Origin: a virus
Direction: 5' to 3' (one strand)
DNA: 64,000 nt
IMG/VR virus record: IMGVR_UViG_3300011270_000006
Shown in pieces: positions 56,582 through 64,000 of the stretch. Made by a program: the position numbers and the translations under genes. Every line of letters begins with the position of its first letter. Within the stretch, counting starts at the first letter, position 1. The notes beneath the pieces were generated by a model. That model was not told the origin of the DNA. It searched no databases and saw only the letters and a program-made list of their open reading frames with translations.

Positions 56582-57271
56582 GTGATTTGTATGTACCAAC
56601 CACCGCAGCAGGGACAACCCTATTATCAGCCACCCAATGGCCCGTATCCACCGCCACAGCGCTATCCACCATCCTACCCGCCTCAGAAACCGCGTAAGAA
56701 GCCGAATGTGTGGCTCTGGATCGTTGGCGCTGTTGTGCTCTTCTCTCTCTTTGCGTACGTCTCAATTGCCACCTCAACCGCAAAGAACGGCACATCTACC
56801 ACTACTGCTACACCCACGAGCCAGGCTACTACGACGCCTACCGCCAAACCAACGCCGCAGCCAGTACGCTATCCACCCGTCACCGTCGCTGATTTGCATG
56901 CTCTGGCTGCCAAAGGTGACGCCAGCGCTATCGTCGGATTTCACAGCGAGAGCACGGGCCTCGTGGCAATCTGTCCGCAGCCCAAGAGGTTCGTTACCGT
57001 TGATCCGTCCATTACAGGACAGCAGCTTGCGCAGGACTTGCTGGCCTATTTCTACGCAGGGCAACTCGACAGTCCCTGCGGATCGCTCATCTTGGTTTAC
57101 CATCAGCAGTCGGAATCGAACGATGTCTACACCGCAGGCTTAATCCACTTCGATGTCACTGATGCCAGTGGTGGCGCGAACACCGATCCGAATGCTAGCG
57201 GGTTGAAGTATACGCTGACGCTCGATATCGGCACGTTTGATGCGCATCAAGAGGCGGTTGTCACGTACTGA
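56582..57271 (+). CDS. Pro/Gln-rich N-terminus, single-TM, Thr-rich linker exported protein
   Basis: PPQQGQPYYQPPNGPYPPPQRYPPSYPPQKP, then TM WLWIVGAVVLFSLFAYVSIA, then a T/P-rich linker. Confidence 0.5.
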   Translation: MICMYQPPQQGQPYYQPPNGPYPPPQRYPPSYPPQKPRKKPNVWLWIVGAVVLFSLFAYVSIATSTAKNGTSTTTATPTSQATTTPTAKPTPQPVRYPPVTVADLHALAAKGDASAIVGFHSESTGLVAICPQPKRFVTVDPSITGQQLAQDLLAYFYAGQLDSPCGSLILVYHQQSESNDVYTAGLIHFDVTDASGGANTDPNASGLKYTLTLDIGTFDAHQEAVVTY

Positions 57272-57330
57272 GGTTTATCGATAAAATGCCAAGCCCTCTA
57301 GAATGTGCTGGATGGCTTGGCTACCTCGGC

Positions 57331-57543
57331 TCAGAACATCGTTAACTGTTGCGCCGCGTCATCCTCATTGGGCTGCTCTGCTGCTGGCTGATGGTTGCTC
57401 AGACAGAACAAGTACCAATCTACATAGCGTCGCTCAAATCCTTCGGCAATCAACTCGTCGAAGATGTCCTTGCGCGACTTCTGTTCGCCGCCACACCACA
57501 GGAGTTCGGACATCACGATATCCGAGGCGAGTTTCCGTTTCAT
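57331..57543 (-). CDS. hypothetical protein
   Basis: ORF 70 aa downstream of the primase-helicase. Confidence 0.3.
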   Translation of the reverse strand: MKRKLASDIVMSELLWCGGEQKSRKDIFDELIAEGFERRYVDWYLFCLSNHQPAAEQPNEDDAAQQLTMF

Positions 57544-57545
57544 GC

Positions 57546-59933
57546 TTACCTCTCTTTCGCAGATTGAGCGTACTTTAGCGCCTTGCCCACTTTATCATGC
57601 CCCATTGTACGTGCATACTTCCACCACTTGTCCGCGCCAGCCTCAACGACAGGGCGGCGTACAAGTTCATCATAAAGCGCAGGATATCCTAGCATATCGC
57701 CCTGCATCATGAAGTGGTAATGTACGATACAGTCAGCACACCAGTAGTTACCGCCATTGTCGTAGTTACCTATATCGTCGGTATTTTGTTGGTGATTACC
57801 ACTCATCGTGTAGTCAAACGATGTGGAGCAATGAGGTATTTCTTCGCCGTCAAGTCCACATGGAGGCTGACTCATGCCATTTTGAGCGGTTTCATCAGTG
57901 AAACTGACATCAAAAACCATGTCAGTAATGTCAGTTTGTTCTAACGCTACATCTGGAGCGGTGTTAGAGTCATCTCCCAAAACTGACATGTCAGTATCGG
58001 CTATATAGCTGGTTCTGACATTACTGATAGGACTTTGCGAACTGACATTACTGACATTACTGACATCGGATATAGACTCTTTCGGTTTTGGAGTGTAAAG
58101 AGAATTGCCGTTATAGGTATAAAGTCCTCTACTGGGACGTATGAGAATACCCTGTTCTAACTTCCGCTTCAACATCTGCTCCAAAGCATTGAGCGATTGC
58201 CCTGTGTTCAGCTTTTCATAGACCTCAACGGGTGTCATTGCCATTCCGTTCTCTTTCAATACCTCGATGAGTTCTGTTTCCTGCTCAGATTTTGGGTTAT
58301 TGGTTGGAGTTGCTTGATTAAGCAATTGGTCTTGTGTGTAAGGGCTGGCACCTTCCCATTCGATATACCCTATCTCACTTGGATTCTCATGGAAAGAATA
58401 GCGCAGGCTTGCGGTCTTCACTTTTGATGCAAGATTGTTTTTATGATTCACAATAACGCCACCCATTTCATTGTCGGGGTCAGGAACCACAAACAAACCA
58501 ATACGAAACAATGCGATAAATGCAATCGATGCCCCACTTCGATAGAGAGGATTGCCTGCTGATGTTTTATTGAGATGCATAACTCCAACAATGGCACAAT
58601 TTTGTTTTTCCGCCACTGTCATTACTCGCATTAACGCCAGCCGGACTGCTTGATCTTTATGTGTGTCATACTTGCCGTCAATCATGGAAAGAACGGGATC
58701 GATAATGGCGAGCGATGCTTTACAGTCAATCATAGCCTCTTCCAATATGGATGCATCATCTGGAAATGAGATAGGACGCTCGTATTCGTTCCCATCCTTG
58801 TCACGTTCGGTGACTTTGCTCAATAGAATCACTTTTGAGAGGTCCGCTCCCGCTGCAACTAAACGCGGTACAATCGTGTGGGAATCGCTCTCTTCGGGTG
58901 ACATGATGATGACGCCACCAGGCTCGATCTTATGGTTGTCTGGTAGCATCCCACCTGTCGTCACGGCAGAGGCTATCTTGGTAAGTGCCATCGACTTCCC
59001 TAGACCTGGATCACCAATGAGAAGTGTACCCATACCCCGTGCAATGCGTCTTTGCCATAGCCACTCCACAGGTTCTATTTCGACCTCAGAGGCGTAGAGG
59101 AACTTGCGTTTATGTGGCATGGTCATCCGCTCTAATTGTTCACGTGTCCCTCCAGCGGCTAACCAGTCAGACACATCACCTTTATCGGGCAAGTTTGGCA
59201 GATTGATAATACGAACCTCTTTCGTGATCTCCTGAAGATGTTTGGCTACATCCTCTCCGTGTTCTTTCCCCTTCTCGTCGTTATCAGGTAGGATCACCAC
59301 ACGCCGCCCCTGAAAGTAGGGATTGCAACTCTCTTGCCAATTGCCCGCTCCTCCTGAACTGGTTGTAGCGATGAGTCCCTTATTGGAAAGATTGTCAGCG
59401 TCTTTTTCGCCCTCAACAATGTAGACAGTGGTATCAAGTGATGCTCTAAGCAACTCAGGTAGACGGTATGGTATACGTGTAACACCATCTAACTTGTATA
59501 CCCATTCGCCATTTACGGGTCTGCGCTGGTTAAAACCTTTGTCAGCATAGCGCATCACTTGATAGGCGAGTCTTCCTCTTTCATCCTGATAGGAGTAGGT
59601 GGCTACTAACTCTCGACGGGCGGATGTTTCGCTTCGCTTCTTAACTGCTGTAGTTTTCGGAGGATTGAGAGGGGTGATTGTTGCACCGTGTTGTGCGCCG
59701 CATTTACATGGGCCTTTTAGTTTATGCCAGTAACCTTCTGGTGATGTTGATGCTAACTCCAGCGAACCCGCATGCTCTTCTCGTGTGCAGAGAGCGTACT
59801 CGTGATCATCACTCATGAACCCGCTACATCGTTCGCCTATACCGCGCTTTGTGTGATCGAAGCCTTGACATATGGGGCATCGCGAACTTGCCGTGAGGAA
59901 GCGTTGCTTGTTGGTGACAGAAGATATTGTCAT
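57546..59933 (-). CDS. DNA primase (Toprim) fused to RepA/DnaB-like AAA_25 helicase, with N-terminal zinc-binding region
   Basis: Toprim acidic motifs YIVEGEKDA and ILPDNDEKG; Walker A GDPGLGKSM and Walker B AIIDPV; N-terminal CPICQG...C..C. Confidence 0.75.
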   Translation of the reverse strand: MTISSVTNKQRFLTASSRCPICQGFDHTKRGIGERCSGFMSDDHEYALCTREEHAGSLELASTSPEGYWHKLKGPCKCGAQHGATITPLNPPKTTAVKKRSETSARRELVATYSYQDERGRLAYQVMRYADKGFNQRRPVNGEWVYKLDGVTRIPYRLPELLRASLDTTVYIVEGEKDADNLSNKGLIATTSSGGAGNWQESCNPYFQGRRVVILPDNDEKGKEHGEDVAKHLQEITKEVRIINLPNLPDKGDVSDWLAAGGTREQLERMTMPHKRKFLYASEVEIEPVEWLWQRRIARGMGTLLIGDPGLGKSMALTKIASAVTTGGMLPDNHKIEPGGVIIMSPEESDSHTIVPRLVAAGADLSKVILLSKVTERDKDGNEYERPISFPDDASILEEAMIDCKASLAIIDPVLSMIDGKYDTHKDQAVRLALMRVMTVAEKQNCAIVGVMHLNKTSAGNPLYRSGASIAFIALFRIGLFVVPDPDNEMGGVIVNHKNNLASKVKTASLRYSFHENPSEIGYIEWEGASPYTQDQLLNQATPTNNPKSEQETELIEVLKENGMAMTPVEVYEKLNTGQSLNALEQMLKRKLEQGILIRPSRGLYTYNGNSLYTPKPKESISDVSNVSNVSSQSPISNVRTSYIADTDMSVLGDDSNTAPDVALEQTDITDMVFDVSFTDETAQNGMSQPPCGLDGEEIPHCSTSFDYTMSGNHQQNTDDIGNYDNGGNYWCADCIVHYHFMMQGDMLGYPALYDELVRRPVVEAGADKWWKYARTMGHDKVGKALKYAQSAKER

Positions 59934-60026
59934 CGCGCCACCTCGCAGTCACCGAATGCAAGCATTGACGTTTGTGTATCACCTGTGGTATCATCAGATA
60001 TGTAGATGCGCGGCTTCGGCCAGCGT

Positions 60027-60108
60027 GCTATAATGCAACAGGGCATAAGAATACCTTTCTACGATAGCCAGCAAACCTTAGTGGGAGTAGCTGGCTATCA
60101 CTTTTATT
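60027..60108 (+). ncRNA. candidate small RNA: extended -10 promoter TGcTATAAT, ~65-nt transcript, intrinsic terminator
   Basis: TGCTATAAT at 60027-60035; hairpin GATAGCCAGC-n17-GCTGGCTATC at 60063-60099 followed by ACTTTTATTT; no ORF; antisense to the primase-helicase 5' region. Confidence 0.35.
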
Positions 60109-60125
60109 TAATTGAAAAATAACAA

Positions 60126-60170
60126 AGGCGTAGTAAGCCGCTAAAAGCGACCTGCTACGCCTGACTTTTT
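60126..60170. terminator. bidirectional intrinsic terminator
   Basis: AGGCGTAG-n21-CTACGCCT with GACTTTTT on the + side and TTGTTATTTTTC on the minus strand. Confidence 0.5.
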
Positions 60171-60292
60171 GATAAGAACCTCACTACAACCATGACACAT
60201 TTCTCTTTCTCATCTCACGAGGAACAAAGTATAACAGATTGCGTTCATCTCTGCACGCATTATGAACAGTTACAGAGATGAACGTTCTATGA

Positions 60293-60565
60293 TTACAGTA
60301 TCAGACCTACGCGACGTAGTTGGTCGCGTGCGAACTGAGGAGTTTGAACGTACTCGGTGATGAGCCTGCCCACGATTGAACGTAACTCGTGGGCCTCTGC
60401 GATGACTGGGTCTTCATCGAGTATCGGATGCACCAAGAAGCGCCCTACGTTATCACGCTCAATAACAACACCCACTTCAAGTGTGAGGCTAGCGACTTCA
60501 GCCAGCAAATAACCATCAATGATGGATTGCAGCGGATCGCGTTGTCCGTCTGTGGGAGGAATCAC
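60293..60565 (-). CDS. hypothetical small protein (second gene of a two-gene operon, TA-like layout)
   Basis: 90 aa; 2-nt gap to the upstream small gene. Confidence 0.4.
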   Translation of the reverse strand: MIPPTDGQRDPLQSIIDGYLLAEVASLTLEVGVVIERDNVGRFLVHPILDEDPVIAEAHELRSIVGRLITEYVQTPQFARDQLRRVGLIL

Positions 60566-60567
60566 GG

Positions 60568-60810
60568 CTATTCCTCCCCATTGGGTGAGAAGTTCTGGAC
60601 ATAAGCAGCGCGTTTTGCTGCTACACGTTGCTGCTCACGCTCTACCTCGTCTAGCTCCGACCAGGGAAGCTTACAGGGACGGCCATTACGAAACAACAGG
60701 TAAAGAGGCATGTCGTCGCCATATGCAGCGCACACGCCGCTCATGATGGAGGCGAGGTTGTCACGGAGTTCCGCGATGGGCATTTGCTCAAGTTGCGTAG
60801 GGGTAATCAT
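60568..60810 (-). CDS. hypothetical small protein (first gene of the pair)
   Basis: 80 aa. Confidence 0.4.
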   Translation of the reverse strand: MITPTQLEQMPIAELRDNLASIMSGVCAAYGDDMPLYLLFRNGRPCKLPWSELDEVEREQQRVAAKRAAYVQNFSPNGEE

Positions 60811-60920
60811 TATGCTAAAATCTCCCTTGTGCTACACTGATTGGTTTTCGAGGCGAAGCAGTGTAGCCGGAATGGGCCGTCCGAAAGGGCGGCTTTTCTT
60901 GTTAATAGTAGAATACATTG

Positions 60921-60995
60921 TATATGGTTAAATGCTTTCAATGTTTCGTAACTATTATACGTAGCCGAGGAATAGATGTCAAGGGAAATCACGGT
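60921..60995. repeat. left arm of ~70-bp imperfect inverted repeat flanking the MerR-GNAT gene
   Basis: Shares TTTCAATGTTTCGTA and GATGTCAAGGGAAATCA with the reverse complement of 61965-62046. Confidence 0.55.
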
Positions 60996-61043
60996 ATTTT
61001 ATACGCAATATTTAACGCCCTCCAACATCGGAGGGCGTTGCTT

Positions 61044-61865
61044 TTAATTGTTATAGACTTTCCATTTAGCTAGTGCGGCTTTGTATGGTTGGATTAACGG
61101 GATACCTGATTGTTCTACATCGATAATGAAGTTTCTCTCATTTGTTGTCGATACAATTTCAGTGAAGCCCAGACGCTTCAATAGATTAATGCCATCACGG
61201 GTATCGCTCCTGGCTGCGAGAAGTTTAATCTCGATACCTCTCTGTCCTAAGTTAACCAGAAATCGAAGGATGCCACGAATCAGCGTTGATCCTCTCGCTC
61301 GTTTAATCTTAAATCCGGTTTGTGATCGAACCGCCATTCCCATAATGAATATGCAGGCAGGCTGTCCAGGTCTGTATTGCTGAATATCGTCGCCATTGAC
61401 AAGTCTTGTGGATGGTGTCGGATCATCAAAGAGTTGATAAATCTTCTCCTCAGTGAGTGGGGGAGCAAACACGCATCCGACAATTTTACCTCCGACTTTG
61501 TTCCTCTCAATAAAGGCTACTTCTGGATTACGCTGTATCCATTCCATGCGCCTCTCAACTGTATCGCCACCACCAAACACCCCGATAAGGAGGTTGACAG
61601 TTTCGCGTATATCCTGTTCTGTTGCTACCATAAATCTTGGTCCTGGCTCTCCTGGTTCTGTGTAAAATTCATCGATAACTTTTACAAGGTTATCTACATC
61701 TTCGCGTTTATAGAAACCCTGCCCCATCCCAGGTGGAACAAGACGCTCAACCTTGCCTTGCTGGACGTAGTAACGCAACTTTCCATCACTGATGTTACCA
61801 AGTCTTCTCTTGGCAGTGGTCGCAGTACAATAGCCTATTGGTGGATGTCCTCTTTGCACTATCAT
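61044..61865 (-). CDS. MerR-like HTH fused to GNAT N-acetyltransferase
   Basis: N-terminal YCTATTAKRRLGNISDGKLRYYVQQGKV (MerR/HTH_17-like); C-terminal GNAT motif A RGSTLIRGILRFLVNLGQRGIEIKLLA; start uncertain (61865 or 61898). Confidence 0.55.
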   Translation of the reverse strand: MIVQRGHPPIGYCTATTAKRRLGNISDGKLRYYVQQGKVERLVPPGMGQGFYKREDVDNLVKVIDEFYTEPGEPGPRFMVATEQDIRETVNLLIGVFGGGDTVERRMEWIQRNPEVAFIERNKVGGKIVGCVFAPPLTEEKIYQLFDDPTPSTRLVNGDDIQQYRPGQPACIFIMGMAVRSQTGFKIKRARGSTLIRGILRFLVNLGQRGIEIKLLAARSDTRDGINLLKRLGFTEIVSTTNERNFIIDVEQSGIPLIQPYKAALAKWKVYNN

Positions 61866-61964
61866 AGTATCTCGCTTTCTCTGATGTATAGACATCATTA
61901 TTGTATGCGAAATTTTACACAATGACAATACATTGAAGCATCGAATAATTACAACGCCATGAAA

Positions 61965-62046
61965 TTTCCTGTATTTTGCCTTGATTTCCCTTGACACATC
62001 AATGTTTTTCAGGCATACTAAAAATGGTACGAAACATTGAAAGTAT
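61965..62046. repeat. right arm of the inverted repeat; contains outward promoter TTGACA-17-CATACT
   Basis: TGATTTCCCTTGACAcATC and TACGAAACATTGAAAG mirror the left arm. Confidence 0.55.
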
Positions 62047-62068
62047 TAAAACGTGTTTAGGAGAGATA

Positions 62069-62290
62069 TGGATGAGTAATACCACGTTTCAGCACCTTTT
62101 GTTAGAGGCAAATCTTTCTCTCGGTGGTTGGTCACGAGCCGCCAATGTTGATCCGAAGACGGCGCGAAAGGCTATTCGTGGTGAACGGGTCCAGCCTCTC
62201 AAGGCATATGCACTACTCAAGGCATTAAGTAAAGCGCTAGGTCGAGAAGTTGAGGCAGATGATATCCCAGAGTGGAGGAGCGTGAGTTAA
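62069..62290 (+). CDS. XRE-family HTH protein
   Basis: Start at 62069 with RBS TAGGAGAG; LSLGGWSRAANVDPKTARKAIRG matches the HTH pattern. Confidence 0.5.
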   Translation, partial: WMSNTTFQHLLLEANLSLGGWSRAANVDPKTARKAIRGERVQPLKAYALLKALSKALGREVEADDIPEWRSVS

Positions 62291-62327
62291 AAGTGTCAAC
62301 CGTAGGGAAACGCGACCATTTTTCAGA
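62288..62327 (+). repeat. conserved ~40-bp intergenic motif, copy R1
   Basis: TAAAAGTGTCAACCGTAGGGAAACGCGACCATTTTTCAGAG. Confidence 0.7.
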
Positions 62328-62343
62328 GAAAGGGAGCACACAC

Positions 62344-62634
62344 ATGGCGACCAATCCGCTCGGCAAACGTTGCGACAACAAAATGTCACCGTCTGGCAAA
62401 CTGCTGTGTATCCATCCAGGGTGCCAGCGCATCGCCACCGTTCGGGTCACGATGAGCGGACGGTTCCTCCACTCTTTCCGGTGTGCCAGTCACATTGGGA
62501 GCGCAGCAGTGGTGCAGGAGCGTAACACGGCTGGATTCATTGGTGAGACACGAGTCTTGGCTGGTTTCGGGCCGCTACGCTACACGGCGCGGTGGCAGGA
62601 ACGTGCTGATAGCAATGCCTATAGCCAGGTGTAG
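62344..62634 (+). CDS. small Cys/His protein
   Basis: Start at 62344 with RBS AAGGGAG; CDNK...CIHPGC...C..H. Confidence 0.45.
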   Translation: MATNPLGKRCDNKMSPSGKLLCIHPGCQRIATVRVTMSGRFLHSFRCASHIGSAAVVQERNTAGFIGETRVLAGFGPLRYTARWQERADSNAYSQV

Positions 62635-62649
62635 GAGAAAGGAACGTTC

Positions 62650-62868
62650 ATGAACGCTGAGCCGTTGGAAGTGCATGACATTGTAGACTTTCGTGGGAAA
62701 CGTGCGCAAGTGTTCGCTTTGTATTCTCGTGTGGAGGATGACGGTTCTGCACTGGTGTTGAGGTGCGGCATCAAAATGCTCAATGGTCGAAAGGATGCTG
62801 CCGAGCGTTGGGTGAAACCTGAGCGAGTTCTGTTAGTGAGGCATAGCGAAATAAAGTGTCGAGCGTAG
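62650..62868 (+). CDS. hypothetical small protein
   Basis: ORF 72 aa. Confidence 0.4.
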   Translation: MNAEPLEVHDIVDFRGKRAQVFALYSRVEDDGSALVLRCGIKMLNGRKDAAERWVKPERVLLVRHSEIKCRA

Positions 62869-62891
62869 GGAAATCCGACCATTTTTGAAAG
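62852..62891 (+). repeat. conserved intergenic motif, copy R2
   Basis: ATAAAGTGTCGAGCGTAGGGAAATCCGACCATTTTTGAAAG. Confidence 0.7.
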
Positions 62892-62898
62892 TGAGTAT

Positions 62899-63201
62899 GT
62901 GGATATGGAGCATCTTGGCAATGTGCGTCGTCGCATCAAATGGGCGGCTCAGGGCAATGAGGCAGCCACGAACAAGTTGCTGACGCTGCTTTCGGGTTTG
63001 GAGTTCGATCGAGCGTTGTGGGAGGAGATTACGCAGCACATGGCGGATACACAGAGTCACCTGCGCAATGCGTTGGGGTACTTGCCAGATAGCGAGGCGA
63101 AGACGGACTGGGAGGCGTTATTGCAGGACGAAGCAAGACCACCGGATATGGTGCGAAGCGCAGTAAAAGGGGCGCATTTCGCAGGAAAGGAGCAACAATG
63201 A
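62899..63201 (+). CDS. hypothetical small protein
   Basis: ORF 100 aa. Confidence 0.45.
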   Translation: MDMEHLGNVRRRIKWAAQGNEAATNKLLTLLSGLEFDRALWEEITQHMADTQSHLRNALGYLPDSEAKTDWEALLQDEARPPDMVRSAVKGAHFAGKEQQ

Positions 63202-63383
63202 CAGCAGCAGAGGCTATTCGCGCATTTCTCACGGCTCATCCCACGTGGCGTGGCGTGGAAGACGCTCTTTCCGTCAAGGAAAGGGATGAGTGGACATACA
63301 TTGTGTTTCAGGGATCGGAGATCGGGCGCGTAAAAATTGAAGGCAGGACTATTCTTGCTGAGGCTCTTTGGACTACCAGTTAA
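63198..63383 (+). CDS. hypothetical small protein
   Basis: ORF 61 aa, ATGA-coupled. Confidence 0.35.
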   Translation: MTAAEAIRAFLTAHPTWRGVEDALSVKERDEWTYIVFQGSEIGRVKIEGRTILAEALWTTS

Positions 63384-63410
63384 AAGTGTCCAGCGTAGGG
63401 ATTTTGAGGC
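63371..63410 (+). repeat. conserved intergenic motif, copy R3
   Basis: TAAAAGTGTCCAGCGTAGGGATTTTGAGGCATTTTCAGGG. Confidence 0.7.
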
Positions 63411-63431
63411 ATTTTCAGGGAAGGCAGACAC

Positions 63432-63638
63432 ATGGATATCTTTGGTTGGCTTCGTCCGAAGGCACCAGCGACGAGTGGATTGGTGATCGAGGAGTTATCG
63501 TTCGTAGGGACAACACAAGAGCTTGCAGCGCACCTACAGACGCTGGCCGATGAACATGGATGGGTGCTAGAGACGGATCAGGAGAAGGTGCAAGCGTTTA
63601 TTGAGCGGTTGAGCAAATTGTCACATCCGCAGAAGTAG
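63432..63638 (+). CDS. hypothetical small protein
   Basis: ORF 68 aa. Confidence 0.4.
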   Translation: MDIFGWLRPKAPATSGLVIEELSFVGTTQELAAHLQTLADEHGWVLETDQEKVQAFIERLSKLSHPQK

Positions 63639-63671
63639 TGCGAAGCGTAGTAAAATCGAGGCATTTTGTAG
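63632..63671 (+). repeat. conserved intergenic motif, copy R4 (more diverged)
   Basis: GAAGTAGTGCGAAGCGTAGTAAAATCGAGGCATTTTGTAG. Confidence 0.6.
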
Positions 63672-63741
63672 TTTGGACGCCTCTCCTACGCAGTTCCCGC
63701 CGAGTAGGAGAGGCTCACCAAGAGGAAGGGTGAACTTCCAG

Positions 63742-64000
63742 ATGGCTAATGAAATTATACAAGAAACGCTGTCATTAGCGGACGCTGCGATCACGACGGA
63801 GAGCATCGTCAATGCTGATGGCACGCTCACGGTGATTGCGCGGTCGGCAATAGCCTTTAGCGTGCTGGTGTACTCCGTGAGTGGCGGATCGGCTATCAGT
63901 CCACTTGCGCAAGCTGAGTACGAGGATCGGGTGTGGAGTTATGCGGTGCAACACCTGGACTCGATGAAGGCCGTGCAGTTCCAGAACCATTGGCAGTGCG
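63742..64000 (+). CDS. hypothetical protein, 3' end outside the window
   Basis: ATG at 63742 is 9 nt after GAGGAAGGGTGA; open to the window end. Confidence 0.4.
   Translation, partial: MANEIIQETLSLADAAITTESIVNADGTLTVIARSAIAFSVLVYSVSGGSAISPLAQAEYEDRVWSYAVQHLDSMKAVQFQNHWQC

Noticed and set aside
1-64000. CRISPR arrays, IS elements/transposases, rRNA genes
   Set aside because: No regularly spaced direct repeats with spacers were seen. No DDE or HUH transposase motifs or terminal inverted repeats of IS type were seen. No rRNA-like sequence was seen.

Overview
This 64 kb window (about 50% GC) reads as the non-structural part of a temperate phage, phage-plasmid or similar mobile element. I found no capsid, tail, portal or terminase genes. 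I did find a lysis cassette, a tyrosine integrase, a Sak4-like recombination ATPase and a long run of small early-type genes. The replication module holds a C5-cytosine methyltransferase, a Rep-initiator-like gene with iterons inside it (a lambda O-like origin), DnaB, an HNH protein and a Dam-like methyltransferase. Further right are an HD-domain hydrolase, a ParA partition cassette flanked by identical 20-bp palindromes, two paralogous sigma-70-like factors, a ParB-domain/methyltransferase fusion, a Toprim primase-helicase, a MerR-HTH/GNAT gene bracketed by ~70-bp inverted repeats, and an array of small genes each preceded by a conserved ~40-bp motif. Genes sit in strand-coherent blocks separated by readable promoters, operators and intrinsic terminators. 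The most unusual locus is a tRNA-like RNA region at 20.0-20.5 kb with a circularly permuted acceptor-stem arrangement; it does not fit a canonical tRNA or tmRNA. All calls come from reading ORF translations for conserved motifs and the DNA for repeats, promoters and hairpins. No database searches were run.
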